Positions 31,782-41,742 of a stretch of 64,000 nt of DNA are shown piece after piece. The first letter of the stretch is position 1. Each line of letters starts with the position of its first letter. The translations under genes and the position numbers were made by a program. The notes below the pieces were generated by a model. That model was not told the origin of the DNA, did no database searches, and worked only from the letters and a program-made list of their open reading frames with translations. This stretch comes from an uncultured Acidimicrobiia bacterium (lineage in GTDB: Bacteria; Actinomycetota; Acidimicrobiia; Acidimicrobiales; AC-14): positions 128,001-192,000 of the forward strand of contig CAWIIV010000008.1 of the NCBI GenBank assembly GCA_963836205.1. Reading direction: 5' to 3'.

Positions 31782-33425
31782 CTACGTCGCGCCCGCCGAC
31801 CAGGCCATGCGGATCCACCGGTAGCCGTACCCGTTGATCTCCAGCTTGGAGACGTCGGGGTTCGGTTCGTAGTCCGCATCGCCCAGGACCTCGACCGGGG
31901 GGTCGGGCAGGTCGCCGAGTTGATCGGAGAGGTCGATCACGCAGGCCTCGTCGGACAGGTTGGTGAGGGCGACCATGACGCCTGAGGGGGCGTCGTAGCG
32001 GAGGGCGAGGACCGATGTGGTGGCGCTGTCGAGGGGCTTGCACTCGCCGGTGCCGAACTCGGGGCACTCGTGGAGGGTGTGGAGGGCGCGCTCCATCCAC
32101 GAGAGCAGGGAGCGGTGGTCGCGGCGTTGGGCGGCCACGTTCACCTTCCGGTAGCCGAACTGGCCCTCGTCGATGACCGGGCGGGGCAGGTCCTGGGCCG
32201 GAGCGGTGGAGAATCCGGCGTTGGGGGCGTCGGACCACTGCATCGGGGTCCGCACCGAGTTGCGCTCGGGGAGGCTGAGGTCGTCGCCCATCCCGAGCTC
32301 CTCGCCGTAGCGCACGACCGGCGTCCCCGGCAGGGTCAACTGGAGGCTGTAGGCCATCTCGATCCGGCGCCGGTCGCAGCCGAGCATCGGGGCCAGCCGG
32401 CGGCGGATACCCCGGTCGTAGACCTGCATCTCCGGCTCCGGACCGAAGGCCTGGAAGACCTCGGCCCGCTCCACGCCAGTGAGGCGACCAAGGTCGATCT
32501 CGTCGTGGTTGCGGAGGAACGTCGCCCAGGCGCAGGAGTCGGGGATGGAGGGCGTCATGGCCAGGCCGTTGAGCACGGGGCCGGCGTCGCCCCGGGCCAG
32601 GGCGAGGAAGACCTGCTGGTTGAGCAGGAAGTTGAACAACATGGGGAGGCGGTCACCCGTGCCGAAGTACTCGGTGAGCTCCTGGGGCTCGGCGTTGGCC
32701 TCGGCCAGCACCACCGTGTCGCCCCGGCGCCAGGTCATCACCTCCCGCAGCTGGCGCAGGTAGTCGAAGTCCTTGGGCGGGTTGGGATTGCCGGGCTCCG
32801 ACAGCTCGATGACGAACGGGGCCGCGTCCATCCGGAACCCGGCGACCCCCATCTGGAGCCAGAAGGCGATGATCTTCTCCACCTCCGCCCGCACCCGGGG
32901 GTTGGCCGCGTTGAGCTCGGGCTCGAAATCGTAGAAGCGGTGGTAGTACCAGGCCTTGGCCTTGCGGTCGAAGGTCCAGGTCGCCTTCTGGACGCCGGGG
33001 AACACCATTCCCTGGTGGAGATCGGAGGGACGTTCCTCCGACCACACGTAGTAGTCGCGGAAGGGCGAGTCGGGATCGGACCGGGCCGCCTGGAACCACG
33101 GGTGCTGGTCGGACGTGTGGTTGACGACGAGGTCGATCATCACCCGCAGGCCCCGGTTGCCGGCCTGGTGGATGAGTTCGACGAAGTCGCCCAGGTTCCC
33201 CAGGCGGGGGTCGACGCCGTAGAAGTCGGACACGTCGTAGCCGTCGTCGCAGTTGGGCGTGGGGTGTATGGGGTTCAACCACAGGCACGTGATCCCCAGC
33301 CGCTCGAGGTAGTCGAGGCGGCTGATGAGGCCGGGCAGGTCGCCGACCCCGTCTCCGTCGGAGTCCTGAAACGTCTCGACGTCGAGGCAGTAGATCACCG
33401 CTTCCCGGTACCAGCGCTCGTTCAT
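31782..33425 (-). CDS. treS: GH13 trehalose synthase-like protein
   Basis: DLVVNHTSDQHPWF, GFRMDA, FLRNHDE, RGIRRRLAPML. Confidence 0.85.
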   Translation of the reverse strand: MNERWYREAVIYCLDVETFQDSDGDGVGDLPGLISRLDYLERLGITCLWLNPIHPTPNCDDGYDVSDFYGVDPRLGNLGDFVELIHQAGNRGLRVMIDLVVNHTSDQHPWFQAARSDPDSPFRDYYVWSEERPSDLHQGMVFPGVQKATWTFDRKAKAWYYHRFYDFEPELNAANPRVRAEVEKIIAFWLQMGVAGFRMDAAPFVIELSEPGNPNPPKDFDYLRQLREVMTWRRGDTVVLAEANAEPQELTEYFGTGDRLPMLFNFLLNQQVFLALARGDAGPVLNGLAMTPSIPDSCAWATFLRNHDEIDLGRLTGVERAEVFQAFGPEPEMQVYDRGIRRRLAPMLGCDRRRIEMAYSLQLTLPGTPVVRYGEELGMGDDLSLPERNSVRTPMQWSDAPNAGFSTAPAQDLPRPVIDEGQFGYRKVNVAAQRRDHRSLLSWMERALHTLHECPEFGTGECKPLDSATTSVLALRYDAPSGVMVALTNLSDEACVIDLSDQLGDLPDPPVEVLGDADYEPNPDVSKLEINGYGYRWIRMAWSAGAT

Positions 33426-33579
33426 GCCCGTGTCCCTACCCCGGGAGTCCCGGTCGCACGACGCCCGTCCCCGGCCCCGATGCCGCCGGGAGGTGCGCTA
33501 GGTTCGACGGGTCGTCCGCTGCACGCCACGGCGCCCCCAACCGGGGTGCGTGGGTCCGGTGCCGGGAGAGAGGACGCCT

Positions 33580-34698
33580 ATGAGCTTGCTATCGAGCTTC
33601 GCCATGCCCGTGATCGCAGCCACCAGCCAACTGGCCCAGTCCGCCGCCGACGCCGCCACCCAGGCGTGCGGGCCCCCTGCCGACGCCAGTTCCCTGTGCC
33701 TGAGCGTGTTCCGCGCCACCGGCAACTCGGTGCTGGCCCAGGCCTCGGAGACGCTGATCGTCCGTCCCTTCCGGGTCCTGGTGATCCTGGCGGTGGCGTT
33801 CGTGGCCCGGCGAGTGCTCGGCCGGGTCATCCAGCGGCTGGTGACGGGGGTGCAGGGGACGGCCTCGGCGGTGAGCGCCAGCCACACCTCCTCCGGCGCC
33901 GGCGCCGGCGGTGGTCCTCGGTCCGGCACCGGGCTGCGGGGGGCTCGCCGGGCCGACACCATCGCCGCCCTGCTGCGCAGCATCAGCGGCTTCGCCATCT
34001 GGACAGTCGCCGGGTTCATGGTCCTGGGCGAGCTGGGCCTCAACCTGGGACCGCTCATCGCGGGGGCGGGGATCGTCGGCGTGGCCATCGGGTTCGGCGC
34101 CCAGAACCTGGTGCGGGACTTCGTGTCCGGCATCTTCATGCTGGCCGAGGACCAGTACGGCGTCGGCGACGTGATCGACGTCGGCCCCGCCACCGGGACG
34201 GTGGAGGCCGTGAGCCTGCGCACCACCCGGCTCCGGGACGTCAACGGAACGGTCTGGCACCTCCCCAACGGCCACATCGAGCGGGTCGGCAACAAGTCGC
34301 AGCAGTGGTCGCGGGCGCTGCTCGACGTGGAGGTCTCCTACCAGACCGACGTCGCCCTGGCCTCCGAGGTCATCAAGCGCACGGCCGACGAGCTGTGCGC
34401 CGACGAGGGGTTCGCCGGCATGGTCCTGGCCGAGCCCGAGGTGTGGGGGGTGGAGGATCTCGGCGCCGACGCGGTCAAGATCCGGGTCGTCCTCAAGACC
34501 GAGCCCAACCAACAGTTCACCGTGGCCCGGGAGCTGCGGGCTCGCATCAAGCGGGCCTTCGACGAAGCCGGCATCGAGATCCCGTTCCCCCAGCGCAGCA
34601 TCTGGCACCGCACCGAGGTGCCGGCCGAAGCCGCTCCGGGCGTGACAGTCAGCCGCCAGGAGGAACCAGTGGCCTCGGGTCGAAGGTCACCCGGATAG
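33580..34698 (+). CDS. mscS: Small-conductance mechanosensitive channel
   Basis: GVAIGFGAQNLVRDFVSG, EDQYGVGD, LRTTRLRD, IEIPFPQR. Confidence 0.92.
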   Translation: MSLLSSFAMPVIAATSQLAQSAADAATQACGPPADASSLCLSVFRATGNSVLAQASETLIVRPFRVLVILAVAFVARRVLGRVIQRLVTGVQGTASAVSASHTSSGAGAGGGPRSGTGLRGARRADTIAALLRSISGFAIWTVAGFMVLGELGLNLGPLIAGAGIVGVAIGFGAQNLVRDFVSGIFMLAEDQYGVGDVIDVGPATGTVEAVSLRTTRLRDVNGTVWHLPNGHIERVGNKSQQWSRALLDVEVSYQTDVALASEVIKRTADELCADEGFAGMVLAEPEVWGVEDLGADAVKIRVVLKTEPNQQFTVARELRARIKRAFDEAGIEIPFPQRSIWHRTEVPAEAAPGVTVSRQEEPVASGRRSPG

Positions 34699-35003
34699 CC
34701 GTGACCTTCCCGTCCTCGACGTGGCTCCAGTTGGCGGTGGGGCACGGCGGGGCCACCGACGTGTGGAGGTCGAACCAGGTGAGGACGTCGGGGCCGTCGA
34801 CGAAGACGTGGTGGACGACGATGTCGGTCACGATCTCGGACATCTGCTCGATCCCGGCCCGGCACTCGTTGGCGCCCACGATCTGGGCCAGCGGGCCCGA
34901 CGAACGTGACGTCGTCGGCCAAGGTCGCCTGGTAGGCGTTGAACTCCTTCGCCCTCCACGCGTCGAAGTACGTGGCAACCACCTGCCGCGGGGTCTTGGC
35001 CAT
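34649..35003 (-). CDS. SnoaL/NTF2-like protein, frameshift ~34893
   Basis: YFDAW...LADDVTFVGP continues in another frame to VEDGKVTAIRVTFDPRP. Confidence 0.75.
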
Positions 35004-35037
35004 GTCAGCCTCCTGACGCCTCTGGGTTTCCTTCCTC

Positions 35038-35520
35038 CTACCCGGTATCCCGCGGCAGGCGTCCGGTGCGCCAGAGGTTGTGCCTGACCTGGGGGTTTGT
35101 GAGGTTCCACTCCCGCCAGAGCCAGGCCAGGGCGGCGGCGCCGGCCAGTTCCTGCACCACCAGCAGGGCGACCGGACGGTCGAGCGGGGGGAGGCCGCCG
35201 TCGAGGCGGCGACCGAGGAAGGGCCACCAGAAGGTCTCGGTGCGGGTCCACATCCCGTCGACGACGAGGTGGAGGAAGGTTCCGATGGGGATGGCCAGCA
35301 GGCGGCGGCGGGCCTGGCGGCGGTGGCGGGTGGCGAGCATGACGCCGACCAGCAGGACCACGCTGGCGACAACGGTGTGCATGACCCGGGCGCCGCCGAA
35401 GGGGGTGTCGACCACATCGGGCAGCAGCGCCCCCACGACGACCAGCCGGTAGTCGATGGCCGGGTCGCGGAAGATCAGCCACACCAGCACGAGGGCCAGC
35501 CCTGCCGGCCACAGGATCAC
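35038..35520 (-). CDS. Membrane protein, metal-dependent hydrolase-like
   Basis: GALLPDVVD, MHT, HLVVDGMW, WWPF. Confidence 0.7.
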   Translation of the reverse strand: MILWPAGLALVLVWLIFRDPAIDYRLVVVGALLPDVVDTPFGGARVMHTVVASVVLLVGVMLATRHRRQARRRLLAIPIGTFLHLVVDGMWTRTETFWWPFLGRRLDGGLPPLDRPVALLVVQELAGAAALAWLWREWNLTNPQVRHNLWRTGRLPRDTG

Positions 35521-36248
35521 CGGAGAGAAAGAACGAACGAGGATGCGGCCGCACTGCTCGCAGTGCAGCAGGGCGTCCGGCGGCAGCCGGTTGGCGTTCG
35601 TCAGCTCGGTGACCGACAGGCTCAGGTGGCATCCGTCGCAGCGGCCGTTGACCAGTCGGGCGATGCCCACCCCGTCGAGGCGGGTGCGGAGGCGCTCGTA
35701 GGAGGTCATCACCTCGGGAGGGATGCCCTCGACCGCCGCCGCCCGGGCCTCGATCTCGGTGACCAGGTCGGCGTCGATGGTGGCCTGGGCCTCGGCCAGC
35801 GCGGCCCGGACGCCGCCCGCCTTCACGTCGAGCTCGGCCCGCTGCGCCTCCATCGACGCCATCTCGTCGTCGAGGGGCTCCCGCTCGGTCATGGTCTCGA
35901 GGACGTCGTCCTCCAGGGTGCTCTGGCGCCGCTTGAGTGCCTCCACCTCCGCCTGCAGTGCCTGCAGCTCCCGGATCAGGCTCACGGTGCCGCCGTACAG
36001 CTTGACCTGGTCCTCGTGCAGCTTGTGCTCCACCGAGGCCAGCTCGTCCTCCAGCCCCCGCTGGCGGCGGGCCACCTCCGCCCGCCGGGCGCCGACCTCG
36101 GCCAGCGTCCGCTCGAGGGCGGTGCCACGCGCCTCCAGGCCCGCCAGCTCGGCCAGCTCCGGAAGGGTGCGGCGCCGGTGGCGGAGGCGGTCGACGGCGG
36201 AGTCGTGCTCCTGCACCAGCAGGAGGTTGTCGAAGACGCCCGTGGCCG
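35521..36248 (-). CDS. Coiled-coil C4 zinc-ribbon protein (start codon unclear; in frame with the downstream gene)
   Basis: LLLVQEHD, KLYGG, ELQALQAEV, CDGCH...CEQCGRILV. Confidence 0.85.
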
Positions 36249-38444
36249 CTATCCCGAGTCCCGTTTGGGATTGAGGGCCCGCTCGCGGGCGGCCGCGATC
36301 AGGGCGTCGATGTCGGGGACGGTGACCTGGGGGATCGTGGGCGCGGTCGGGGTCGACGGCGGGGTGATCTGCGGCACCGTCGGGGCGGGGGCACCACCGA
36401 CAACGGTGCTGCCGGGCGTGGTGCTCGTGGTGTCGTCGAACTCCTTGTCCGGCGGCGGTGCCTTCTCCCCCGTCAGGGCGAGGAACTTCGATCCCCGCCC
36501 GCCCCGTTCGGGGGGGGTGAAGTCGATCGGCTCGGTGTCGGCCAGCGCCTTGCGGGTGAACGATCCCCAGATCTGGGCCGGGTAGGTGCCGCCGAAGACG
36601 GTGACGCCGTTGACGTTGCGCATGGAGACGTCGCCCTCCGGGGCACCCATCCACACCGCGGTGGCGAGGGTGCGGGTGTAGCCGACGAACCAGGCATTGG
36701 TGTTGTTGTCGGTGGACCCGGTCTTGCCCCCCACGTCCCAGCCCGAGACCCGCGCCGCCGTGCCCGTGCCCCGCTGGACCACCTGGGCGAGCACCTCGTT
36801 GGTCTGGCGGGCGACCTGCGTGGAAATAGCCCGCTCGGCCTTGGCCTGGTTGCGGAAGATCACGTTGCCCTCACGGTCCTCGACCCGGTCGACGACGTAG
36901 GGGCTGTGGTACTCGCCGTCGGCGGCGAGGGTGGCGTAGGCCGAGGCCATCTGCAGCGGTGTCACGTCCTGGGCCCCGAGCGTGAGCGAGAGGTAGGGCT
37001 CGAGGTGGTTGGTGACGCCCATGCGGTGGGCCACGTCGACCACCTTGTCGGGCCCGACCAGCTTGACCAGGCGGGCGTAGGCACAGTTCACGGAGCTTAC
37101 GGTGGCGTCGGTGAGGGTGAGGGTGCCCGACGACCCACCCTCCACGTTGGCCGGCTTCCAGACCCCTTCCTCGCTCCCGGGATCGGGAATGACGCAGGGC
37201 GACGAGCCGAGGATGGTGTCGTTGGTCTGCATGCCGTTCTCGAGGGCCGCCACCAGGGTGAACGGCTTGAACGACGACCCCGTCTGGCGACCGCGGGTGT
37301 CGGTGACCAGGTTGAACTTGGTCTGGGTGAAGTCGCTGCCGCCCACCAGGGCCCGCACCGCTCCGTCGCGAGGATCGACCGTGACCAGGGCGGCGGTGAA
37401 CCGGCCGTCGGTGTCGGGGAGGATGGCGGCCACGCTCTCCTCGGCCATGCGCTGGTACTCGGGGTTGAGGGTGGTGTGGATCGACAGCCCGCCCCGGAAC
37501 ACGGCCTGGTAGCGCTGGCTGTCGGTGTCGCCCAGCCGGGTGTCGTTCAGCAGCTGCTGCTTGACGTACTCGGTGAAGTAATCGGTGCCGGGCGCAGGGC
37601 CGGTGGGGGCGGACAGGGCCGGAGGCATGGGCTCGGCCTTGACGTAGTCGGCCTGGACGGGGCTGATGTGGCCGAGGGTCACCATGCGGTCGACGATGAC
37701 GTTGCGGCGCTCGGTGGCCGCCTCCGGGTTGCCGTAGGGGTCGGCGTAGACCGGGTTGCGGATGAGCCCGGCCAGCAGGACGGCCTGGCCGACGGTGAGC
37801 TTGTCGACGTCGGTGCCGTAATAGCGCTCGGCCGCGGCCTGGATCCCGTAGGAGTGGTTGCCGAAGTACACCGTGTTCAGGTAGCGCTCGAAGATCTCGT
37901 CCTTCGTCATCTGGTCCTCGAGGCGGATGGCGAGGGCCGCTTCCTGCAGCTTGCGGTTGACGTCCTGCTTGGACGTGAGCAGGACGGTCTTGACCAGCTG
38001 CTGGGTGATCGTCGAGCCGCCCTCGGTGATCCCCCCCTCCTCCAGGTTGTTGACCATGGCCCGGGCCATGGCCCGCAGGTCGAGGGGGCCGTGGTCGTAG
38101 AAGCGCTCGTCCTCGGCGTCGAGCACGGCCCGCTTCACGTGCTCGGGCACACGATCGAGGGGGACCGGCACCCGGTACTCCTCGTCGTGGAAGATGCCGA
38201 GCTGCGAGCCGTCGGCGGCGTAGACGACCGACCGGGTGGCGAGAGGGCCCAGGTTGAGGCGGTCCTGGTCGGAGCCGACGGAGCCGGCGGTGAAGAACGT
38301 GACCGCCTGCTGGCCGACGAGGACGGACCCCATGGCCAGGCCTGCCCCGCCGACGAGGAGCGTCACGGCCCACCGGGCGATGGTCCGGGTGCCCGTGCGC
38401 AGAAGGCCTCCGCCCCCATCTCTGAGCGCGTGACCGGCTTCCAT
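36249..38444 (-). CDS. Class A penicillin-binding protein
   Basis: AEDERF, GGSTITQQL, RKLQE, YLNTVYFG; transpeptidase SSFK, SVN, KTG. Confidence 0.95.
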   Translation of the reverse strand: MEAGHALRDGGGGLLRTGTRTIARWAVTLLVGGAGLAMGSVLVGQQAVTFFTAGSVGSDQDRLNLGPLATRSVVYAADGSQLGIFHDEEYRVPVPLDRVPEHVKRAVLDAEDERFYDHGPLDLRAMARAMVNNLEEGGITEGGSTITQQLVKTVLLTSKQDVNRKLQEAALAIRLEDQMTKDEIFERYLNTVYFGNHSYGIQAAAERYYGTDVDKLTVGQAVLLAGLIRNPVYADPYGNPEAATERRNVIVDRMVTLGHISPVQADYVKAEPMPPALSAPTGPAPGTDYFTEYVKQQLLNDTRLGDTDSQRYQAVFRGGLSIHTTLNPEYQRMAEESVAAILPDTDGRFTAALVTVDPRDGAVRALVGGSDFTQTKFNLVTDTRGRQTGSSFKPFTLVAALENGMQTNDTILGSSPCVIPDPGSEEGVWKPANVEGGSSGTLTLTDATVSSVNCAYARLVKLVGPDKVVDVAHRMGVTNHLEPYLSLTLGAQDVTPLQMASAYATLAADGEYHSPYVVDRVEDREGNVIFRNQAKAERAISTQVARQTNEVLAQVVQRGTGTAARVSGWDVGGKTGSTDNNTNAWFVGYTRTLATAVWMGAPEGDVSMRNVNGVTVFGGTYPAQIWGSFTRKALADTEPIDFTPPERGGRGSKFLALTGEKAPPPDKEFDDTTSTTPGSTVVGGAPAPTVPQITPPSTPTAPTIPQVTVPDIDALIAAARERALNPKRDSG

Positions 38445-38518
38445 GGCCAGAACCTACTTCCCCAACGCCTCGATTTTGACGCCACCCCTGGGGGCGGCGG
38501 GCCGACCGGCCTCGGGCG

Positions 38519-38860
38519 TTAGCCCCACTCCTCGCCGAGCATGGCCTCCAACCGCTCCTTGCGGCGGGGCTTCTCGGTCTTCGGGGTCTGCTTGGCTCGG
38601 CATCGGCCTGACAGGCCGTGGAGCCACAGCGCGCTCTTGGCGTCGTCGTCGGGCTCGACGACGACACGGGCGTAGCACTCCGGGCAGCGGAAGGTCTTCG
38701 GCGTCATCGTCGCCTTCGAGGCCGGCTTGGCGGCCAGGGGCTTGGGCGTCTTGGGAGGCAGTGTCTTGGATGTCAGCGTCTTGGATGTCAGCGTCTTGGA
38801 TGTCATCGTCTTGGGTGCCAGCGTCTTCTCTACAGGACTCACTGGTCCTTTCGTGCCCAT
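38519..38860 (-). CDS. Lys/Thr-repeat protein with a C-terminal zinc finger
   Basis: KTxxx pentapeptide repeats, then CPEC...H...C. Confidence 0.55.
   Translation of the reverse strand: MGTKGPVSPVEKTLAPKTMTSKTLTSKTLTSKTLPPKTPKPLAAKPASKATMTPKTFRCPECYARVVVEPDDDAKSALWLHGLSGRCRAKQTPKTEKPRRKERLEAMLGEEWG
38763..38827. repeat. 15-bp tandem repeat, ~4 copies
   Basis: GTCTTGGATGTCAGC twice, then two variant copies. Confidence 0.85.
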
Positions 38861-39014
38861 GGAACCACCAGGATACGCCTGCTGGCGCCGGTCCGTATCC
38901 GCGGGGGCGGCCGGGGTCGGGGCTGGTGGCCGCCGGGCTCATCACCTACCCTGTCCGAAGTACCCGGGGGAAGGGGGGCCGCGTGTATCCGTGCCACGCG
39001 GAAGCAACGAGCTG

Positions 39015-39647
39015 ATGGCCGACGGCGTGCTGGTCATCCTGCTACTCGTCTTCATCTGGGCCGCGGTCCTGATCCCGCCCGCGGCCGGCGCCCGCGCCTC
39101 ACGGGAGGCCGACTTCCTCGGCAGCATTCGATCCGGCAGTGACCCGCTGGAGGGCAATCTCGGCGGCGGTCAGCCCGATGTCGCCGCCGACCAGCCCCGG
39201 TTCCGTCCCGCGCTCACGGCCAACGCCCGCCGCCGCCAGGTGCTGGGCGGGCTGGTGGTGGCCATGGCGGCGACGCTGCTCCTTGGCCTGCTGCCTACGT
39301 TCCGCCTCCTCCTCGTCGTCCACCTGTTCCTGGTGAACTCGTGCCTCGCCTACGTCGGGCTCCTCGTCCACACCCGTGACCAGTCTGCGGCGCGTGGCCG
39401 GGCCGCGGAGATCGGGGTGCGGGTGCGGCCGGTGCTCACGGCGGTCGAGGCGACGTACTCCGACATCGCCGACGACGAGTTCGCGTCCTACGAGGCTGCG
39501 TACGCGGTCGACGAGGAGCCGACGTTCGCCGACGCCTACTACGGGGCCGAGAGCGACGACGACCGCTACGAGGACGACGACGAGGACGTCGAGGCCGAGG
39601 CGGCCTACATCGACGAGCTCGACCTCGAGCTCGCCCGCCCCGCCTGA
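39015..39647 (+). CDS. Membrane protein with acidic tail (SepX/GlpR-like)
   Basis: N-terminal TM ending WAAVLIPP; ARRRQVL followed by two TMs; Asp/Glu-rich tail. Confidence 0.6.
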   Translation: MADGVLVILLLVFIWAAVLIPPAAGARASREADFLGSIRSGSDPLEGNLGGGQPDVAADQPRFRPALTANARRRQVLGGLVVAMAATLLLGLLPTFRLLLVVHLFLVNSCLAYVGLLVHTRDQSAARGRAAEIGVRVRPVLTAVEATYSDIADDEFASYEAAYAVDEEPTFADAYYGAESDDDRYEDDDEDVEAEAAYIDELDLELARPA

Positions 39648-39719
39648 GTCGGACTGCTTCCTCGCATTTGCGGGACCTTTCCAAGTTGTAACTGGCGGGT
39701 GCGGCTAACCTGACCAGCT

Positions 39720-40121
39720 ATGGCCGACTATCGCCTGGGCCAGGCGGCCGACCTGCTGGGCGTGAGCGTCGACACCGTGCGCCGGTGGGCCGACGGCGGG
39801 CGCTTCGAGACCCGTCGCTCCGATGGCGGCCACCGCATGGTGGAGGGCGCGGAGCTGGCCCGCTTCCTCGCCGAGACCGCGCCGACGGCGGAGTCCGGGT
39901 CCTCCGCCGCCCACTCCGCCCGTAACCGCTTCGCCGGCATCGTCACCCGGGTCGTCCGCGACTCGGTGATGGCCCAGGTCGAGATCCGCTCCGGACCCCA
40001 CCGCATCGTGTCGCTCATCTCCCGGGAGGCGGCCGACGAGCTGGCCCTGGAGCCGGGCGTGCTGGCGGTGGCGACGGTGAAGTCCACCAACGTGGGCATC
40101 GAGCTGCCGGGGACGCCGTGA
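39720..40121 (+). CDS. HTH-TOBE molybdate-binding regulator
   Basis: AADLLGVSVDTVRRW; SARNRFAG; ATVKSTNV. Confidence 0.9.
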   Translation: MADYRLGQAADLLGVSVDTVRRWADGGRFETRRSDGGHRMVEGAELARFLAETAPTAESGSSAAHSARNRFAGIVTRVVRDSVMAQVEIRSGPHRIVSLISREAADELALEPGVLAVATVKSTNVGIELPGTP

Positions 40122-40951
40122 TCCGCCGCCAGCTCGTTTCGGGGCTGGCCGCCCTGGCGCTGGTGGCCGCCGGCTGCGGCGGGACCGGCGGCGGCGGCGG
40201 CGGAGACGCAGACGGCGGCGGGCGGGGTGCGGTCACGACCTCGGGCGGGGTCGGCGCCACCACTCCCCCGCTGTCGGGGACGCTCACCGTGCTGGCGGCA
40301 TCGTCGCTGGCGGAGTCGTTCGGCGAGCTGGGCCGGCGTTTCCAGGTCGAGCATCCCGGGTTGCGGATGTCGATCCTCTTCGGGGCGTCGTCGAGCCTGG
40401 CCCGGCAGCTGGTCGACGGGGCGCCGGGCGACGTGCTGGCCACCGCCGACGAGACGACGATGGGCCAGGCGGTCGAGGGTCGGGCGGTGGAGGCGCCGGT
40501 CGTGTTCGCCCGCAACCGGCTGGCCATCGTCACCCGGGCCGGCAACCCCGAGGGACTGTCCGGGCTCGCCGACCTAGCCGGGCCCGGCCTGGTGGTGGTC
40601 CTCTGCGCCCCCGAGGTGCCGTGCGGGCGGCTTGCGTCGGAGGCGCTGGCCAAGGCGGGGGTCACCGTCGAGGCGGCGTCGTTGGAGGAGAACGTCAAGG
40701 CGGTGGTGTCGAAGGTCACCCTGGGCGAGGCCGACGCCGGGATCGTCTACGTCACCGACGTGAGGGCGGCAGGCGACAAGGTCGCCGGGGTCGACGTCCA
40801 CGACGCCCACAACGTGGTCGCGGCCTACCCGCTGGCCGTCGCCACCGCCGCCGCCAACCCGGTGGCCGCTCGGGCGTGGGTCGACTTCGCACTCGGACCG
40901 GTGGGCCAGGAGGTCCTCGCCGGGTACGGGTTCGCGCCAGCCACGTCGTGA
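40118..40951 (+). CDS. modA: Molybdate ABC transporter substrate-binding lipoprotein
   Basis: Lipobox AAGC; AASSL, GASSSL, VPCG, GEADAGIVY. Confidence 0.93.
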   Translation: MIRRQLVSGLAALALVAAGCGGTGGGGGGDADGGGRGAVTTSGGVGATTPPLSGTLTVLAASSLAESFGELGRRFQVEHPGLRMSILFGASSSLARQLVDGAPGDVLATADETTMGQAVEGRAVEAPVVFARNRLAIVTRAGNPEGLSGLADLAGPGLVVVLCAPEVPCGRLASEALAKAGVTVEAASLEENVKAVVSKVTLGEADAGIVYVTDVRAAGDKVAGVDVHDAHNVVAAYPLAVATAAANPVAARAWVDFALGPVGQEVLAGYGFAPATS

Positions 40952-41742
40952 AGGGGCCGGGCCGGCCGCCGCCGCGCCTGGCGCTGGCGTTGGCCACCGT
41001 GGCGGTGGCGTTCGTCCTCCTGCCCCTCGCCGGGCTCCTGTGGCGGACGCCGTGGAGCAGCCTGGGCCGGGAGCTGGCGTCGCCGGCGGTGCGCACGACG
41101 CTGCGGCTGTCGCTCGTGTGCTCGCTCTCGGCGGCGGCGTGCTGCGTCGCGTTCGGACTACCGCTGGCGTGGGTGCTGGCCCGGGTCGAGTTCCCCGGCC
41201 GGCGCCTGGTGCGGGCGCTGACGCTGCTGCCGATGGTGTTTCCCCCGGTGGTCGGCGGGGTGGGCCTGCTCCTCGCCTTCGGCCGGCGGGGCCTCGTCGG
41301 CGGGCTCCTCGACGACTGGTTCGGCGTCCGCCTGCCGTTCACCACCGCGGGGGCGGTGATGGCCCAGACGTTCGTGGCCCTGCCCTTCCTCGTCATCGCC
41401 GCCGAGGCCGCCTTCCGGTCGATCGACCGCCGCTACGAGGACGCGGCTCGCACCCTGGGCGCCAGCCGGTGGACGGTCTTCCGCCGGGTGACCCTGCCCC
41501 TGGCCGGTCCCGGGCTGGCCGCGGGCGTGGCCCTGTGCTGGGCCCGGGCCCTGGGCGAGTTCGGGGCGACCATCACCTTCGCCGGCAACACCCCCGGACG
41601 CACCCAGACCATCCCGCTCCAGGTGTACCTGCTCATGGACGCCGGCCGGTTGGAGTCGGCGATCGTGCTCAGCCTGGTCCTGCTGGCGGTTTCGGTGGCG
41701 GTGCTGGTGGGCCTGCGCGACCGGTGGCTGATCCACCCGTGA
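40948..41742 (+). CDS. modB: Molybdate ABC transporter permease
   Basis: LPMVFPPVVGG, EDAARTLGAS, ARALGEFGAT. Confidence 0.93.
   Translation: MKGPGRPPPRLALALATVAVAFVLLPLAGLLWRTPWSSLGRELASPAVRTTLRLSLVCSLSAAACCVAFGLPLAWVLARVEFPGRRLVRALTLLPMVFPPVVGGVGLLLAFGRRGLVGGLLDDWFGVRLPFTTAGAVMAQTFVALPFLVIAAEAAFRSIDRRYEDAARTLGASRWTVFRRVTLPLAGPGLAAGVALCWARALGEFGATITFAGNTPGRTQTIPLQVYLLMDAGRLESAIVLSLVLLAVSVAVLVGLRDRWLIHP

Noticed and set aside
28247-35087. Very long alternative-frame ORFs (1196 aa, 1005 aa and similar ones elsewhere)
   Set aside because: They are Arg/Gly/Pro-rich shadow frames of real genes, expected in high-GC DNA, with no domain motifs.
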